From Escherichia phage vB_EcoM_ESCO32: DNA of 64,000 nucleotides. The stretch's first letter is position 1. Each line of letters begins with the position of its first letter. Below are positions 26,311-35,805 of the stretch, piece after piece. The stretch is taken from sequence record OM386658.1, one strand, 5' to 3'. The notes beneath the pieces were generated by a model, which did no database searches, was not told where the DNA came from, and was given only the letters and a program-made list of their open reading frames with translations. A program made the position numbers and the translations under genes.

Positions 26311-27255
26311 ATGCCTAATATTATTCTTGACACACGCGGAAATGAAAAGTATAGTGTATGTGATTTTCATAGAATCATTTTGCCATATAAACGCAAACTG
26401 ACCATTAATCCTAAGCATAATATTTTTGTGTTCAATGGAGTACCAACACGTGGAAAGCCAGGTTTCCTGGCTCTTAAACAACTTGGGTTTAAATTGGTAA
26501 TGGATCTGGATGATTCTTTAATTATTCCTGAAGGGCATATGCTTGAAGGATTATTTGAAAATCAAATCCGAGATGACCTAAAATGGTTCCTTGAAAGAAG
26601 CGATCTTGTAACTACAACAACTCCAGCATTAAAGGTTGAATTAAGCCAATACAATGATAATGTACATATTGTGCCTAACGGACTACCTTTTGATGAAGGA
26701 CAGTTTGTTCTTACGAAAGATCGTTATTCTAAAAGTCCACTGGTTTGGGCGGGAAGTGAAACACATAAACATGATTTAGCAATTCTTCCTGCTTTTGGTA
26801 AAGAGTTAACTTTATGCGGATTTCGTAGAGATCACGAAGAGTTAAGTAGTGCTCAATGGTTGCAAATTAAAGAAGATATTCAACCAGATTGTGTTTATGA
26901 AGGTATTCGTCCTTATGAGTGTTATATGGAAGCATACGATGGTCATCAAATCTCCATAGCTCCATTAGTAAATAATCATTTTAATAATGCCAAAAGTAAT
27001 TTAAAAATTCTTGAAGCTGGTGCTAAAGGTTTGCCACTCGTTTGTTCGCCACGGGAGAACTATTATACTGAAGAATTTAAAGATCTAATCTTCTTTGCTG
27101 ATTCAGTTAAAGAGTGGAAAGATATTGTAGAATACTTAATCGAATCTCCTGACGTTTGTATTGAGAAGGGATTGGCTCTTGCTAAGTATGTAAGAGATAA
27201 CTACAATATTGATGATTTAAATGAAACCCGCAGACTGCTTATCGAGGATTTATAA
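26311..27255 (+). CDS. glycosyltransferase-like protein, paralog B
   Basis: Tandem diverged duplicate of 25325-26299; aaggagttat RBS. Confidence 0.4.
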   Translation: MPNIILDTRGNEKYSVCDFHRIILPYKRKLTINPKHNIFVFNGVPTRGKPGFLALKQLGFKLVMDLDDSLIIPEGHMLEGLFENQIRDDLKWFLERSDLVTTTTPALKVELSQYNDNVHIVPNGLPFDEGQFVLTKDRYSKSPLVWAGSETHKHDLAILPAFGKELTLCGFRRDHEELSSAQWLQIKEDIQPDCVYEGIRPYECYMEAYDGHQISIAPLVNNHFNNAKSNLKILEAGAKGLPLVCSPRENYYTEEFKDLIFFADSVKEWKDIVEYLIESPDVCIEKGLALAKYVRDNYNIDDLNETRRLLIEDL

Positions 27256-27524
27256 TGAACACTTTTGATTTTGAGTATAAACAAGATAATAAAGAACCTA
27301 TTATTGTTGAAGTAGATTACTATTATGAAGAACCTAATCCTTTCTCACGAGAAAGTGATTGGGATTATTATGGTGGCCTTATTGTTGATGGTATTAGGTT
27401 CTATTCTGGTACAAAAGAACTTTTTGATATAGATATTTCCCCATCGGAAATTGTTTACCAATTTAAGAAACATATGGAAGATTTGGAAATGCAATATATT
27501 ATGGAGACAAACGAATCATTTTAG
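27255..27524 (+). CDS. hypothetical small acidic protein
   Basis: 89 aa ORF overlapping the upstream stop. Confidence 0.35.
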   Translation: MNTFDFEYKQDNKEPIIVEVDYYYEEPNPFSRESDWDYYGGLIVDGIRFYSGTKELFDIDISPSEIVYQFKKHMEDLEMQYIMETNESF

Positions 27525-27536
27525 TAGGAGAATCAT

Positions 27537-29309
27537 GTGTCTTATGTTGTAAATAAATATGGGTATAACATTGACCTAAGTCAAGAAGGACATACTGGGT
27601 GTCCTCGTTGTATGAAAGGAGGGCGTGATCGATCACAAAACAATTTGATGGTATATGGCTTAGATGCCGATGAAGACCATCGAGGCGCACATTGTTTTTC
27701 TTGTGGCTTTACTATCCCTGATCAAAAATGGTTAAATGCACACGGTGAAGAAATTGAAGAGGAGGATATCTTGGGTAGTGAGTTTAATCCAGAAGTACAT
27801 GATAAACTAAAAGCCAGCACTGGAACTAATCCAAAAGGTTATCGCGGTATTCGTGAAGATATCTCTAAACCTTTCGGTGTACGCTATATGTACGATGAAG
27901 CTACTGGCGAAGTAATTTCAACACTATACCCTACAACTAAAGATTACAATATTGCTGGGTATAAACAACGTATCGATCCAAAAGATTTTTCGCATCCTAT
28001 TGGTGAAACAGGAAAGGATTGTGATCTTTTTGGTGAGTTTAAATATCGTAACCACAGTGGTACTATTCTAATCGTTGGTGGTGAACACGATATGCTGGCT
28101 GCAACACAGATGCTAAAAGATTATAACAAGGGCGGTAAATATCCTGTTCCTGCTGTAGTGTCTGGTACTTGTGGCGAAACATCTCTGCATAAGCAGCTTC
28201 AACATCGTTATAAATTCTTAGATCAATTTAAAAAGATTGTTCTGTGTATGGATAATGATGAAGCTGGACGTGCAGCAGTTGAGAAATGTGTTAAAATCTT
28301 ACCACGTAATAAAGTTTACGTGATGGAACTAACGGATGTTAAAGATCCTAACCAGGCACTAGTAGAAGGAAAAATTGATCATTTTATTGATCGCTTTTTC
28401 AAAGCTAAATTGTACACACCTGCTGGTGTTTACGCTTCTAACGTACTGTATGAAGCAGCCTTGGAATGCCTGGAAGCTAAAATGATCACCCTTCCTCCAT
28501 TCATGCGTGTTGCTTCTAATATGTTAGGTGGAGGCTTGGTAGAAGAAGAAATTACTGTTATACTTGCAAAAACAAGTATCGGTAAGACACTGTTGGTTAA
28601 CGAGATTACGAAACACATTATTCTTGCACACCCAGAACATACTCTTGGTATTTTATCTTTGGAGGCAACGTATAAGAAGTATTCTCGTAACTTGCTGTCT
28701 TCATTCTTGCATATCCCTCTTCACCGTAAAACAAAAGAAGAGAAGGAAAAGATTTTAAAAGATAATGAAGAAAAGATTCGTGATTTTTACGAACGAGAAG
28801 ATGGAACACCACGTTTCTATGTTTGTGATGATCGTGGGGCTAACGTAGATGTGATTAAAGAGAAGGTTCTGGAAATGATTATTTATTTCGGAGTAACCAT
28901 TCTTGTTATCGACCCTTATTCTGACTTGCTTTCTGGTATGGACGTGTCACAACAAGAGGAACTTGCGACGTGGCTGAAACGCATTATGAAAGAGTACGCA
29001 ATAACCATTGTTGTAATTTCACACGTTAAAAAGTCTTCTAACAATAGTAATGAACATATTGTAGAAGATGATGCAATGGGTAGTAGCTTCCTTGCTAAAG
29101 GTGCTGGTATCACAATTGCGCTGGAGCGTGATAAACAAGCTGAAGATCCTATGGAACGTAACCGCACATATTGCTACATTCTAAAGAACCGTGAGTTCTC
29201 AGAGACTGGTGCAGCAGGTAGTTTCTTCTATGAGATTAAAACAGCTACACTTCACGATTACGATCAATACACAAGTAACCCAGAAAATATTTCTGCTGGT
29301 TCTTATTAA
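27537..29309 (+). CDS. bifunctional DNA primase / DnaB-like helicase (T7 gp4-like)
   Basis: N-terminal zinc ribbon CPRCMKGG...HCFSCGF, a TOPRIM-like middle region, and C-terminal helicase with Walker A ILAKTSIGKT and Walker B-like ILVIDPYSD. GTG start after taggaga. Confidence 0.8.
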   Translation: MSYVVNKYGYNIDLSQEGHTGCPRCMKGGRDRSQNNLMVYGLDADEDHRGAHCFSCGFTIPDQKWLNAHGEEIEEEDILGSEFNPEVHDKLKASTGTNPKGYRGIREDISKPFGVRYMYDEATGEVISTLYPTTKDYNIAGYKQRIDPKDFSHPIGETGKDCDLFGEFKYRNHSGTILIVGGEHDMLAATQMLKDYNKGGKYPVPAVVSGTCGETSLHKQLQHRYKFLDQFKKIVLCMDNDEAGRAAVEKCVKILPRNKVYVMELTDVKDPNQALVEGKIDHFIDRFFKAKLYTPAGVYASNVLYEAALECLEAKMITLPPFMRVASNMLGGGLVEEEITVILAKTSIGKTLLVNEITKHIILAHPEHTLGILSLEATYKKYSRNLLSSFLHIPLHRKTKEEKEKILKDNEEKIRDFYEREDGTPRFYVCDDRGANVDVIKEKVLEMIIYFGVTILVIDPYSDLLSGMDVSQQEELATWLKRIMKEYAITIVVISHVKKSSNNSNEHIVEDDAMGSSFLAKGAGITIALERDKQAEDPMERNRTYCYILKNREFSETGAAGSFFYEIKTATLHDYDQYTSNPENISAGSY

Positions 29310-29319
29310 GGAGAAAAAT

Positions 29320-29715
29320 ATGAAAGACAACGAAAACATCCTCTATGGGGTATGCCCTTCTGCTTTAGCGTATGATTATACGAAAACTATTGCTAAGTTT
29401 AAATTTCAAGACGGATCAGAATTAGAACCATACGGTTATGCTTATGGTGAACATTTGTGGTTTGAGGATGGTTGTCTATACCTTCTCATTCAAACTACCA
29501 GTGGTTTTGTGGGAGAGCTTGTAGATCGTATGTTGAAAAATGTCAGTGATAAAGTTATTCTTGATATCACTAGTAAGGATGAAAACATTAATAACATTGT
29601 TTCCACTTTTAATGGTTTGACAGGCACTGTTAAAATTGAACGTGTAGGCTTGAGAAATACCAATGGTGTCCCTAATTGCCTTATTAAAGTACAACTAAGT
29701 GCTGACAATAAATAA
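29320..29715 (+). CDS. hypothetical protein
   Basis: Start taken at MKDNEN after aaggagaaaaat RBS. Confidence 0.4.
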   Translation: MKDNENILYGVCPSALAYDYTKTIAKFKFQDGSELEPYGYAYGEHLWFEDGCLYLLIQTTSGFVGELVDRMLKNVSDKVILDITSKDENINNIVSTFNGLTGTVKIERVGLRNTNGVPNCLIKVQLSADNK

Positions 29716-29720
29716 CAAGA

Positions 29721-29738
29721 AGGGGCGAAAGCCCCTTT
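29721..29738 (+). terminator. terminator-like hairpin
   Basis: aggggc-gaaa-gcccct followed by a short T run. Confidence 0.4.
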
Positions 29739-29805
29739 ACAAAACAATTAATTTGTGGTACAGTATTAACAAATTAAGACTTTAGAAATATTTTAAGGAG
29801 GGAGA

Positions 29806-32800
29806 ATGGGAGCTTTTACTTTCGACATTGAAAGTAACAACTTGCTTAATGACGAAAGTGTAGATTACTTGGCAAGTCCATATCGTTTAAAAGATAGTTT
29901 TGCAATGCACTGTATTGTGTGCGAAAGTCATGATACTGGAGAGATTATTGCTTTCCATGATGGTGATAAATATCTTTTCGATGGTCGTCCGTATGTTGAG
30001 ACTGACGGAAAGTATGAATACCGACTGGAGGAATATGAGCATTTAGAATATACCCATTTCCCTCTTAAAGATTTTCCTGATTTTGTAAATGGAACAGGTA
30101 AATTTAAAGGTAATTCAAACTATAAAATTACCAAAGTAGTTGGACATAACATCATTAACTTTGACTTACTGGCAATTAAATTATTTTTTAAACTCAACTA
30201 CAGTATTAAGTACAATACTTGGGGTAATAGTAACATTGAAATTTGTGATACTATGATCTTAAGTAAGACACTAAACCCTGATCGCTTCGGTGGTCATAGT
30301 CTGGCAGAGTTATCTAAGAAGGCTGGAGGGGATGTTAAAATTGATTTTAGAAAAAACATTCCTGAAACTGAAAGATTTAAAACATTTGCAGCAGATATGC
30401 TGTATTACTGTATTTACGATAACAAAGCTAACACCGCAGTGTTCCGTTATTTGATGGAAGAGTGGGGTGATTATAATAAGTGGTCTGAACCATTTAACTT
30501 AGAACAACGTGTAGCTGATATTATTACACGTCAAGAGCACCGTGGCTTTGCTTTCAATATGAAACAAGCAGAAGATAATATTCGTGATCTGGATGCTCGA
30601 ATGGAAGCATGTCGTTTAGAGGCAGAACCTGTGCTACCTCCTAAACCTGCTACTAAAGGTTATTTGAAATCATTCATTCCACCTAAACTACAGTTTAAAA
30701 AGAATGGTGAACCTTCAAGTAACATGATAAAGTTTGCAGAGAAACATTCTGGTGAACTTGTACAAAAAGAAGATGGTTGGTGGCTATTTGCATTAGGTAA
30801 AGAGTTTAAACTACCTATTCCAGCAGAAGAACCTATTTGTGATCCTACAGTACCTGCTACTTTAGACGACACTACACATATTAAAAACTGGTTAGTTGGT
30901 TTAGGTTGGAGTCCATCTGAATATAAAGATAAAGATATCACTCTTAAATCTGGCACTAAGATTAAGAAAGATGAAGCACAGATGGAGAAAGCTATTCGTG
31001 ACTATGTTGATCAAACGTTAGCATCTAATTTCTGCCAGGACAGATGTGATCATCTGGAGTGCACACCAGAAACTTTGGAATGGAAACTAAGAGATCGTAT
31101 TGCTAAAGCTAAAGGTCGTGGTGTTAAAGTGCTTACTAACCCTTCCTTTACAAAAGGGCAAGAGAAAGATATTTGTCCTAACTTGGAAGCACTAGGTGAA
31201 AAGTTTCCTTATGCTACGCAGATTGTGCAGTATCTTACGTATAAACACCGTAGGAACTCTATTCTAGGGGGTGGTGCTGATTGGGAAGAAGATGAAGAGG
31301 ATTATGATAAAGGTTATCTGGCAGCAGTAAGGGCTGATGGTCGTATACCAACTCCTGCTGCAACGTGTGATGCAGCTACGTCTCGTATGAAACATAGGTT
31401 AGTAGCAAATATCCCACGTGTAACATCTCTGTACGGATATGAAATGCGTAACTTATTTGGTGTAGAAGTTCCAAAATACTTCCAAATTGGTTATGATTTT
31501 GATTCTCTTGAGGCAAAAATAGAATCACACTACTGTGTACCTATGGATGCACAAGCACTAACCCGTAAAGGTTGGGTTGGTTATCACGATCTACAAGAAG
31601 GGGATGAAATCTTAGGATATAACCCAGAAACAGGACTTAAAGAATGGACTAAAGTAAAAGGTAAGGTCTTCTATAAAAATAGTAAGACGTTTGAGATTAA
31701 AGGAAAATCCCATACTTACCGTGCAACAGCAGATCACCGTTGGTATGTTAATACCCGTAGTAAAGGGAATACTTATGTGCCTAAAGTCAGAACAACTGCC
31801 GAGCTTTGCACAGGAGATAATATTATTTGTAATGCTCCATTTAACATGGAACAAGATCAGGTAAATAGTTTAACTTCTGTTCAACAAGGTAAATGGGATG
31901 TTCCGTGGGTAGAGCGTGTAGTTAATATGTCTCATGCCGAGCGTGTAGCTTTCTTGGAAGGTTTCTTGATTGCAGATGGTTACTGGCATGAACATAAACA
32001 AAAACCTGTTTGGCGTTGGGCGCAGAACCCAGGTGAACTTTTTGAAGCAGCTTTAACTGCCTCGTACCTGGTGCATGGAGGCAATATCTCTGTAGCTTTC
32101 AATACAAAAGAGCAGAAAGTAAAAGTGGCAACATTGGCTAACCGCTCTCACATTCCTGTTCAAAGTTTGACTATTGAAGAGTGGGGTGTAGAGGATGTTT
32201 GGTGTCCACAAACAGAACTTGGTACGTGGGTCATGCGTCAGAAAGACTGCATTACCATCACAGGAAACTGTTGGCGGTACGAGCAGGAACCACACGAATA
32301 TTGTAATGCTCTATTATTGGAAAAACCTAATGATGTTCATACAATGATGGCTCGACGTATTTCTGACACTATTGGTCGTAAGTTTGAACGAAGCCCTGCT
32401 AAATCTGTTAAGTATGGTATTACTTATGGTGCTCAAGCTGCAAAAGTAGCAAAAACTATAGGTAGTGATATGTATACCGGACAGCTTGTATACGATGCTT
32501 TCTGGGAAGCTGCAAAACCTCTTGCGCTTCTTAAAGAACGTCTGCATGACTTTTGGGTTAAAACAGGTAAGAAATACATTCTGGGTATTGATGGTAGGAA
32601 AGTACCTACACGATCTGCACACGCAATACTTAACTCTCTGTTCCAGAGTGGTGGTGTTATTTGTGCAAAAAGAGCAATGGTTATCTACGACGATCTTATC
32701 GAAGAAGAAGGATTAGCTGTTGACTTTTTTGTTGATGACTGGAAAAATAAGTCATTCGTTCAACAAATGATTGCATATCACGATGAAGCACAGCTTGAAG

Positions 32801-33120
32801 TAACTCGTGATCTGGTGCATTTTAAATGGTTCTCTAAAGAATCTTTAGGTTGGACTCAAGTTGATGATCCAGAAGAACAAAAGAAAATTGATAAAGAATG
32901 TTTGGATAAAGTTAATGCCTGGAAAGAAGAGGAAGAGAAACGTACTGGCAAGATTTGGGCTAACGTACATGAATCTCCGAAAGGTGGTTGGTTTACAGCC
33001 TACAGTCGTGCTGGAGAATTAGCATCTATCGCTGTTAATAAAGCTGGTGAGTATTACAATCTTAATGTACCTCTCACTGCTGGTTACGATGTTGGTAACT
33101 CATGGGCCAGTTGTCATTAG
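29806..33120 (+). CDS. family A DNA polymerase (T7 gp5-like) with 3'-5' exonuclease domain, interrupted by an intein
   Basis: Exo I FTFDIESNNL; RFGGHSLAEL; motif A region GYDFDSLEAKIESHY; motif B RSPAKSVKYGITYGAQ; ILGIDGRKVPTRSAHAILNSLFQSGG; C-terminal GYDVGNSWASCH. These parallel T7 gp5 as I recall it. Confidence 0.85.
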   Translation: MGAFTFDIESNNLLNDESVDYLASPYRLKDSFAMHCIVCESHDTGEIIAFHDGDKYLFDGRPYVETDGKYEYRLEEYEHLEYTHFPLKDFPDFVNGTGKFKGNSNYKITKVVGHNIINFDLLAIKLFFKLNYSIKYNTWGNSNIEICDTMILSKTLNPDRFGGHSLAELSKKAGGDVKIDFRKNIPETERFKTFAADMLYYCIYDNKANTAVFRYLMEEWGDYNKWSEPFNLEQRVADIITRQEHRGFAFNMKQAEDNIRDLDARMEACRLEAEPVLPPKPATKGYLKSFIPPKLQFKKNGEPSSNMIKFAEKHSGELVQKEDGWWLFALGKEFKLPIPAEEPICDPTVPATLDDTTHIKNWLVGLGWSPSEYKDKDITLKSGTKIKKDEAQMEKAIRDYVDQTLASNFCQDRCDHLECTPETLEWKLRDRIAKAKGRGVKVLTNPSFTKGQEKDICPNLEALGEKFPYATQIVQYLTYKHRRNSILGGGADWEEDEEDYDKGYLAAVRADGRIPTPAATCDAATSRMKHRLVANIPRVTSLYGYEMRNLFGVEVPKYFQIGYDFDSLEAKIESHYCVPMDAQALTRKGWVGYHDLQEGDEILGYNPETGLKEWTKVKGKVFYKNSKTFEIKGKSHTYRATADHRWYVNTRSKGNTYVPKVRTTAELCTGDNIICNAPFNMEQDQVNSLTSVQQGKWDVPWVERVVNMSHAERVAFLEGFLIADGYWHEHKQKPVWRWAQNPGELFEAALTASYLVHGGNISVAFNTKEQKVKVATLANRSHIPVQSLTIEEWGVEDVWCPQTELGTWVMRQKDCITITGNCWRYEQEPHEYCNALLLEKPNDVHTMMARRISDTIGRKFERSPAKSVKYGITYGAQAAKVAKTIGSDMYTGQLVYDAFWEAAKPLALLKERLHDFWVKTGKKYILGIDGRKVPTRSAHAILNSLFQSGGVICAKRAMVIYDDLIEEEGLAVDFFVDDWKNKSFVQQMIAYHDEAQLEVTRDLVHFKWFSKESLGWTQVDDPEEQKKIDKECLDKVNAWKEEEEKRTGKIWANVHESPKGGWFTAYSRAGELASIAVNKAGEYYNLNVPLTAGYDVGNSWASCH
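31534..32268 (+). mobile_element. intein (about 245 aa) after polymerase motif A, with LAGLIDADG-like motif
   Basis: Starts CVPMDAQALTRKGWVGYHDLQEGDEIL (block A-like); TADHRW (block B TxxH); AFLEGFLIADGYW (LAGLIDADG-like); ends ...CITITGN followed by +1 Cys. The region between motif A and the HTMMA block is about 245 aa longer than the T7 gp5 equivalent. Confidence 0.55.
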
Positions 33121-33149
33121 TCTAACATATTGTTTTATAAGGAGTTTTT

Positions 33150-33737
33150 ATGGTATATGGTCATGGTATTTTTGATGGAGATTTTACTGTAAGATCTCCT
33201 AGAGGAACTATGCACCCTGCTTATATGAAATGGATGTCTATGTTGGGGAGGTGTTACTCCCCTTGTCAACAAGAACGTGATCCTTGTTATAATGGGGTGA
33301 CAGTTTGTGAAGAATGGAAGTTGTTCTCCAATTTCTATTCCTGGTTGCAAACTTGGGATGACTGGGAAAACTTAGAACTTGATAAAGATATTATAGGAGG
33401 GAGAGTTTACTCTCCCAATACCTGTCTTTTAGTAACAGGAGATCTTAATAAGTTCTTAGCTTATAGAGTAAGTAAAAGATCTCATGGGACTATGGTGGGA
33501 TGTAGTTACGAGAAAGATCGTAAAAAGTATAAAGCCAACATAAAAGTAGGCGGTCGCATGAAAACGCTGGGACGTTTTAATACTGAAATTGAAGCGCATC
33601 TTTGTTGGTTGAAGGCTAAGGCAGAACAGCTTACAAAATTCTTTGAAACTGAAGATGAAAGAGTTGTTCCACATCTTAAAGCACTATATAATGAAATGCT
33701 TGAGCATGTAGAACAACACAAAGAGTGGACACGATAG
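33150..33737 (+). CDS. AP2-domain DNA-binding protein, putative free-standing homing endonuclease-associated
   Basis: GCSYEKDRKKYKANIKVGGRMKTLGRFNTEIEAHLCWLKA matches the AP2 pattern (G.SY.K...KY.A.I...GK...LG.F.TEEEA..AY) often found in phage HNH/AP2 homing endonucleases; sits directly downstream of the polymerase. Confidence 0.4.
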   Translation: MVYGHGIFDGDFTVRSPRGTMHPAYMKWMSMLGRCYSPCQQERDPCYNGVTVCEEWKLFSNFYSWLQTWDDWENLELDKDIIGGRVYSPNTCLLVTGDLNKFLAYRVSKRSHGTMVGCSYEKDRKKYKANIKVGGRMKTLGRFNTEIEAHLCWLKAKAEQLTKFFETEDERVVPHLKALYNEMLEHVEQHKEWTR

Positions 33738-33745
33738 GAGAAAAT

Positions 33746-34339
33746 ATGAATATTGAAGATCAAAAAGTACGAGCTTTAGAAGTATTACGTATGTGCCAAC
33801 TGGTAGATCCGTTTGCAATTGTAGCTGGCGGCGCTGTACGTGACTGGCGATTAGAGAAACCTGCGCAAGATATTGACATTTACTTGCGTATGCCTAACCA
33901 CAATACACTCGTATTAGTAGAGAAATTTTTGATGTTGGGTGTTGGTGCACGTAATGTTAAACAACTTACTAAGCAAACAGAACACACTTATGCCGAACTA
34001 CCACATTTGAAATGGGTATTTGAAGCATACTATAAAGATCTTAAGTTTAACTTTATGATCATGGAAGAAGGTGTACGCAGTGAAATCGTATGGAACTTTG
34101 ATGTGGCTATTTGCCTGTGTTACTGGGATGGTCAAAATTATGTATATCATCCAGACTTTGAATTTGCACTGAAAACTAATATTTGTACTATTAATCACCG
34201 ATACACAGGTAAGGAAGCACACGTCCGTAAAATGGCAGAACGTTTCCCTATGTTCCGCTTTGTAAAAGACGTTTTCATTCCCAAAGAACCAGAAGTACGT
34301 ACACTGGATTCATTTAACAACGAAGAATTTAAGATTTAA
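33746..34339 (+). CDS. minimal Pol-beta superfamily nucleotidyltransferase (CCA-adding enzyme head-domain-like)
   Basis: VAGGAVRDWRLEKPAQDIDIYL closely matches the GGAVRD...D-x-D signature of tRNA nucleotidyltransferase and poly(A) polymerase heads; protein is only about 197 aa. Confidence 0.45.
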   Translation: MNIEDQKVRALEVLRMCQLVDPFAIVAGGAVRDWRLEKPAQDIDIYLRMPNHNTLVLVEKFLMLGVGARNVKQLTKQTEHTYAELPHLKWVFEAYYKDLKFNFMIMEEGVRSEIVWNFDVAICLCYWDGQNYVYHPDFEFALKTNICTINHRYTGKEAHVRKMAERFPMFRFVKDVFIPKEPEVRTLDSFNNEEFKI

Positions 34340-34342
34340 GTG

Positions 34343-34372
34343 TTGACAAACATTATAATTATGTGTTATTAT
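34343..34372 (+). promoter_or_regulatory. sigma70-like promoter candidate
   Basis: TTGACA (34343-34348) followed at 17-18 nt by TTATTA/TATTAT, just upstream of the 34383 start. Confidence 0.35.
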
Positions 34373-34382
34373 GAGGACTTGA

Positions 34383-34781
34383 ATGACAGATAATCGTTCT
34401 AAAATCTTAGTCGAGACGTTCTACAGTAGAGAAACTAACCGTCTTGAGCTAACTAAAAAAGATGTTGAACCTCAAGATAATACCTTTTTTATTCAAATAC
34501 TATGTCTCTTTGGTGGATACAACCGTTTAACAGTGCGGGTAGAAAACAAAGAGATATCTGAAACCACTATCACAAAACGTGAGCTTATGTTACTACAGGA
34601 TACAATACGAGATGTTTTGGATAATCCTGGAAAAGCAAAAGTAATTAACCTTGGTGGAGAAAAGATACAAATCCTCCATTTCGAAAGTGGTGAAATAGGA
34701 TTTGGTATTGGTCTTGGTAAATACCTGTTGGAAGAAACTGACGCTACTCTTTTACGAGAGTTTTGTGTTAAAGTAATGTAA
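34383..34781 (+). CDS. hypothetical protein
   Basis: 132 aa ORF. Confidence 0.4.
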   Translation: MTDNRSKILVETFYSRETNRLELTKKDVEPQDNTFFIQILCLFGGYNRLTVRVENKEISETTITKRELMLLQDTIRDVLDNPGKAKVINLGGEKIQILHFESGEIGFGIGLGKYLLEETDATLLREFCVKVM

Positions 34782-34797
34782 TTATAGAGGAGAATTT

Positions 34798-35745
34798 ATG
34801 CCAGTAATTAATTCTGAAATCGACCGTCGTACTAAAAAAGAAGCATTCTGGGCTGAAGGTATCGTTGAATATGTCAAACTGGATAAGTTTGATGAAATGA
34901 AAGTCTCTTATATTAAGGTTGCAGGTCAGCCAGATAAGAAAATTGAATCAACTCACAAAGCATCTCTGCTTATTAAAGAGAAAGGTGCTAGTGCTGATGA
35001 TAAAGGTGTTTGGGTTAGCCTAGGTGAAGTTAAACTGCATCCAGAACATGAAAACCTGCAAGTTAAAGATGGTGACAAGTGGGTTACTATCGAAAAAGGT
35101 GTAGAACTAACTATGGATGTTAAACCTTCTGAATGGAATGGCAAAACATACTACAATTCCTCTAAAGGTAAAATCACTATTCTTTCAACAGAAGGTGTTC
35201 AGCAAGCACAATCTTCTTCAAAAGGTGGAAATAAGCCATCTAATAACGAAGGTAGCAAGCCTAACTACAAAAAACGTGATACCGTAGGGATTGAAACAGG
35301 ACACGCTGTAAACGGCGCTCTGGAGCTTCTACGTGCTGGTGTGAAAGGTGATGCTTTCGACTTGGCTGGTGTGGTACAATCTGCAACTGTTACTCTGAAA
35401 GCAGAAATTGCTAAAGATCGTGGCGTTGATGTGACTGACTATGATCTTGGTGCTTCAGTTGGACACGCAATTCTTAACGCTTGTCGTGATCATACAGGTA
35501 AAACTGTAACGGCAGAAGAGATTATTGAAGCTGCTCGTGAAGTTCTTGCTTTGTCTGATAAAGTAGCTGCTGCTATCCGTGGAATGTCTACCCCAGTACA
35601 AGAAGTTAAGAAAGAAACTAAAAAAGTAGAGAAGAAAGAGCCAGCACCGAAAGAACCAGAACCTGTTGTTCAAGATTTCGATGATGATATCCCATTTGCT
35701 CCTATTGGTTTGCAGTATGGTCGAAACTTCCTGCACTGTTTCTAA
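34798..35745 (+). CDS. single-stranded DNA-binding protein-like (acidic C-terminal tail)
   Basis: Ends with the acidic, aromatic-terminated tail DFDDDIPF, identical in form to the SSB C-terminal protein-interaction tail. Central Gly/Ser/Asn-rich linker. The N-terminal OB fold is not verified. Confidence 0.45.
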   Translation: MPVINSEIDRRTKKEAFWAEGIVEYVKLDKFDEMKVSYIKVAGQPDKKIESTHKASLLIKEKGASADDKGVWVSLGEVKLHPEHENLQVKDGDKWVTIEKGVELTMDVKPSEWNGKTYYNSSKGKITILSTEGVQQAQSSSKGGNKPSNNEGSKPNYKKRDTVGIETGHAVNGALELLRAGVKGDAFDLAGVVQSATVTLKAEIAKDRGVDVTDYDLGASVGHAILNACRDHTGKTVTAEEIIEAAREVLALSDKVAAAIRGMSTPVQEVKKETKKVEKKEPAPKEPEPVVQDFDDDIPFAPIGLQYGRNFLHCF

Positions 35746-35768
35746 TAGTTAAATATTGTGTAAATATA

Positions 35769-35793
35769 AGGAGCCTAACGGCTCCTTTTCTTT
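35769..35793 (+). terminator. intrinsic terminator
   Basis: aggagcc-taac-ggctcct followed by tttcttt. Confidence 0.5.
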
Positions 35794-35805
35794 GAAGGAG
35801 ATATA

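Noticed and set aside
34354-34359. Perfect TATAAT hexamer just after the TTGACA at 34343
   Set aside because: It is only 5 nt downstream of the -35 hexamer, so it cannot serve as its -10; the promoter call uses the TTATTA/TATTAT element at the correct spacing instead.
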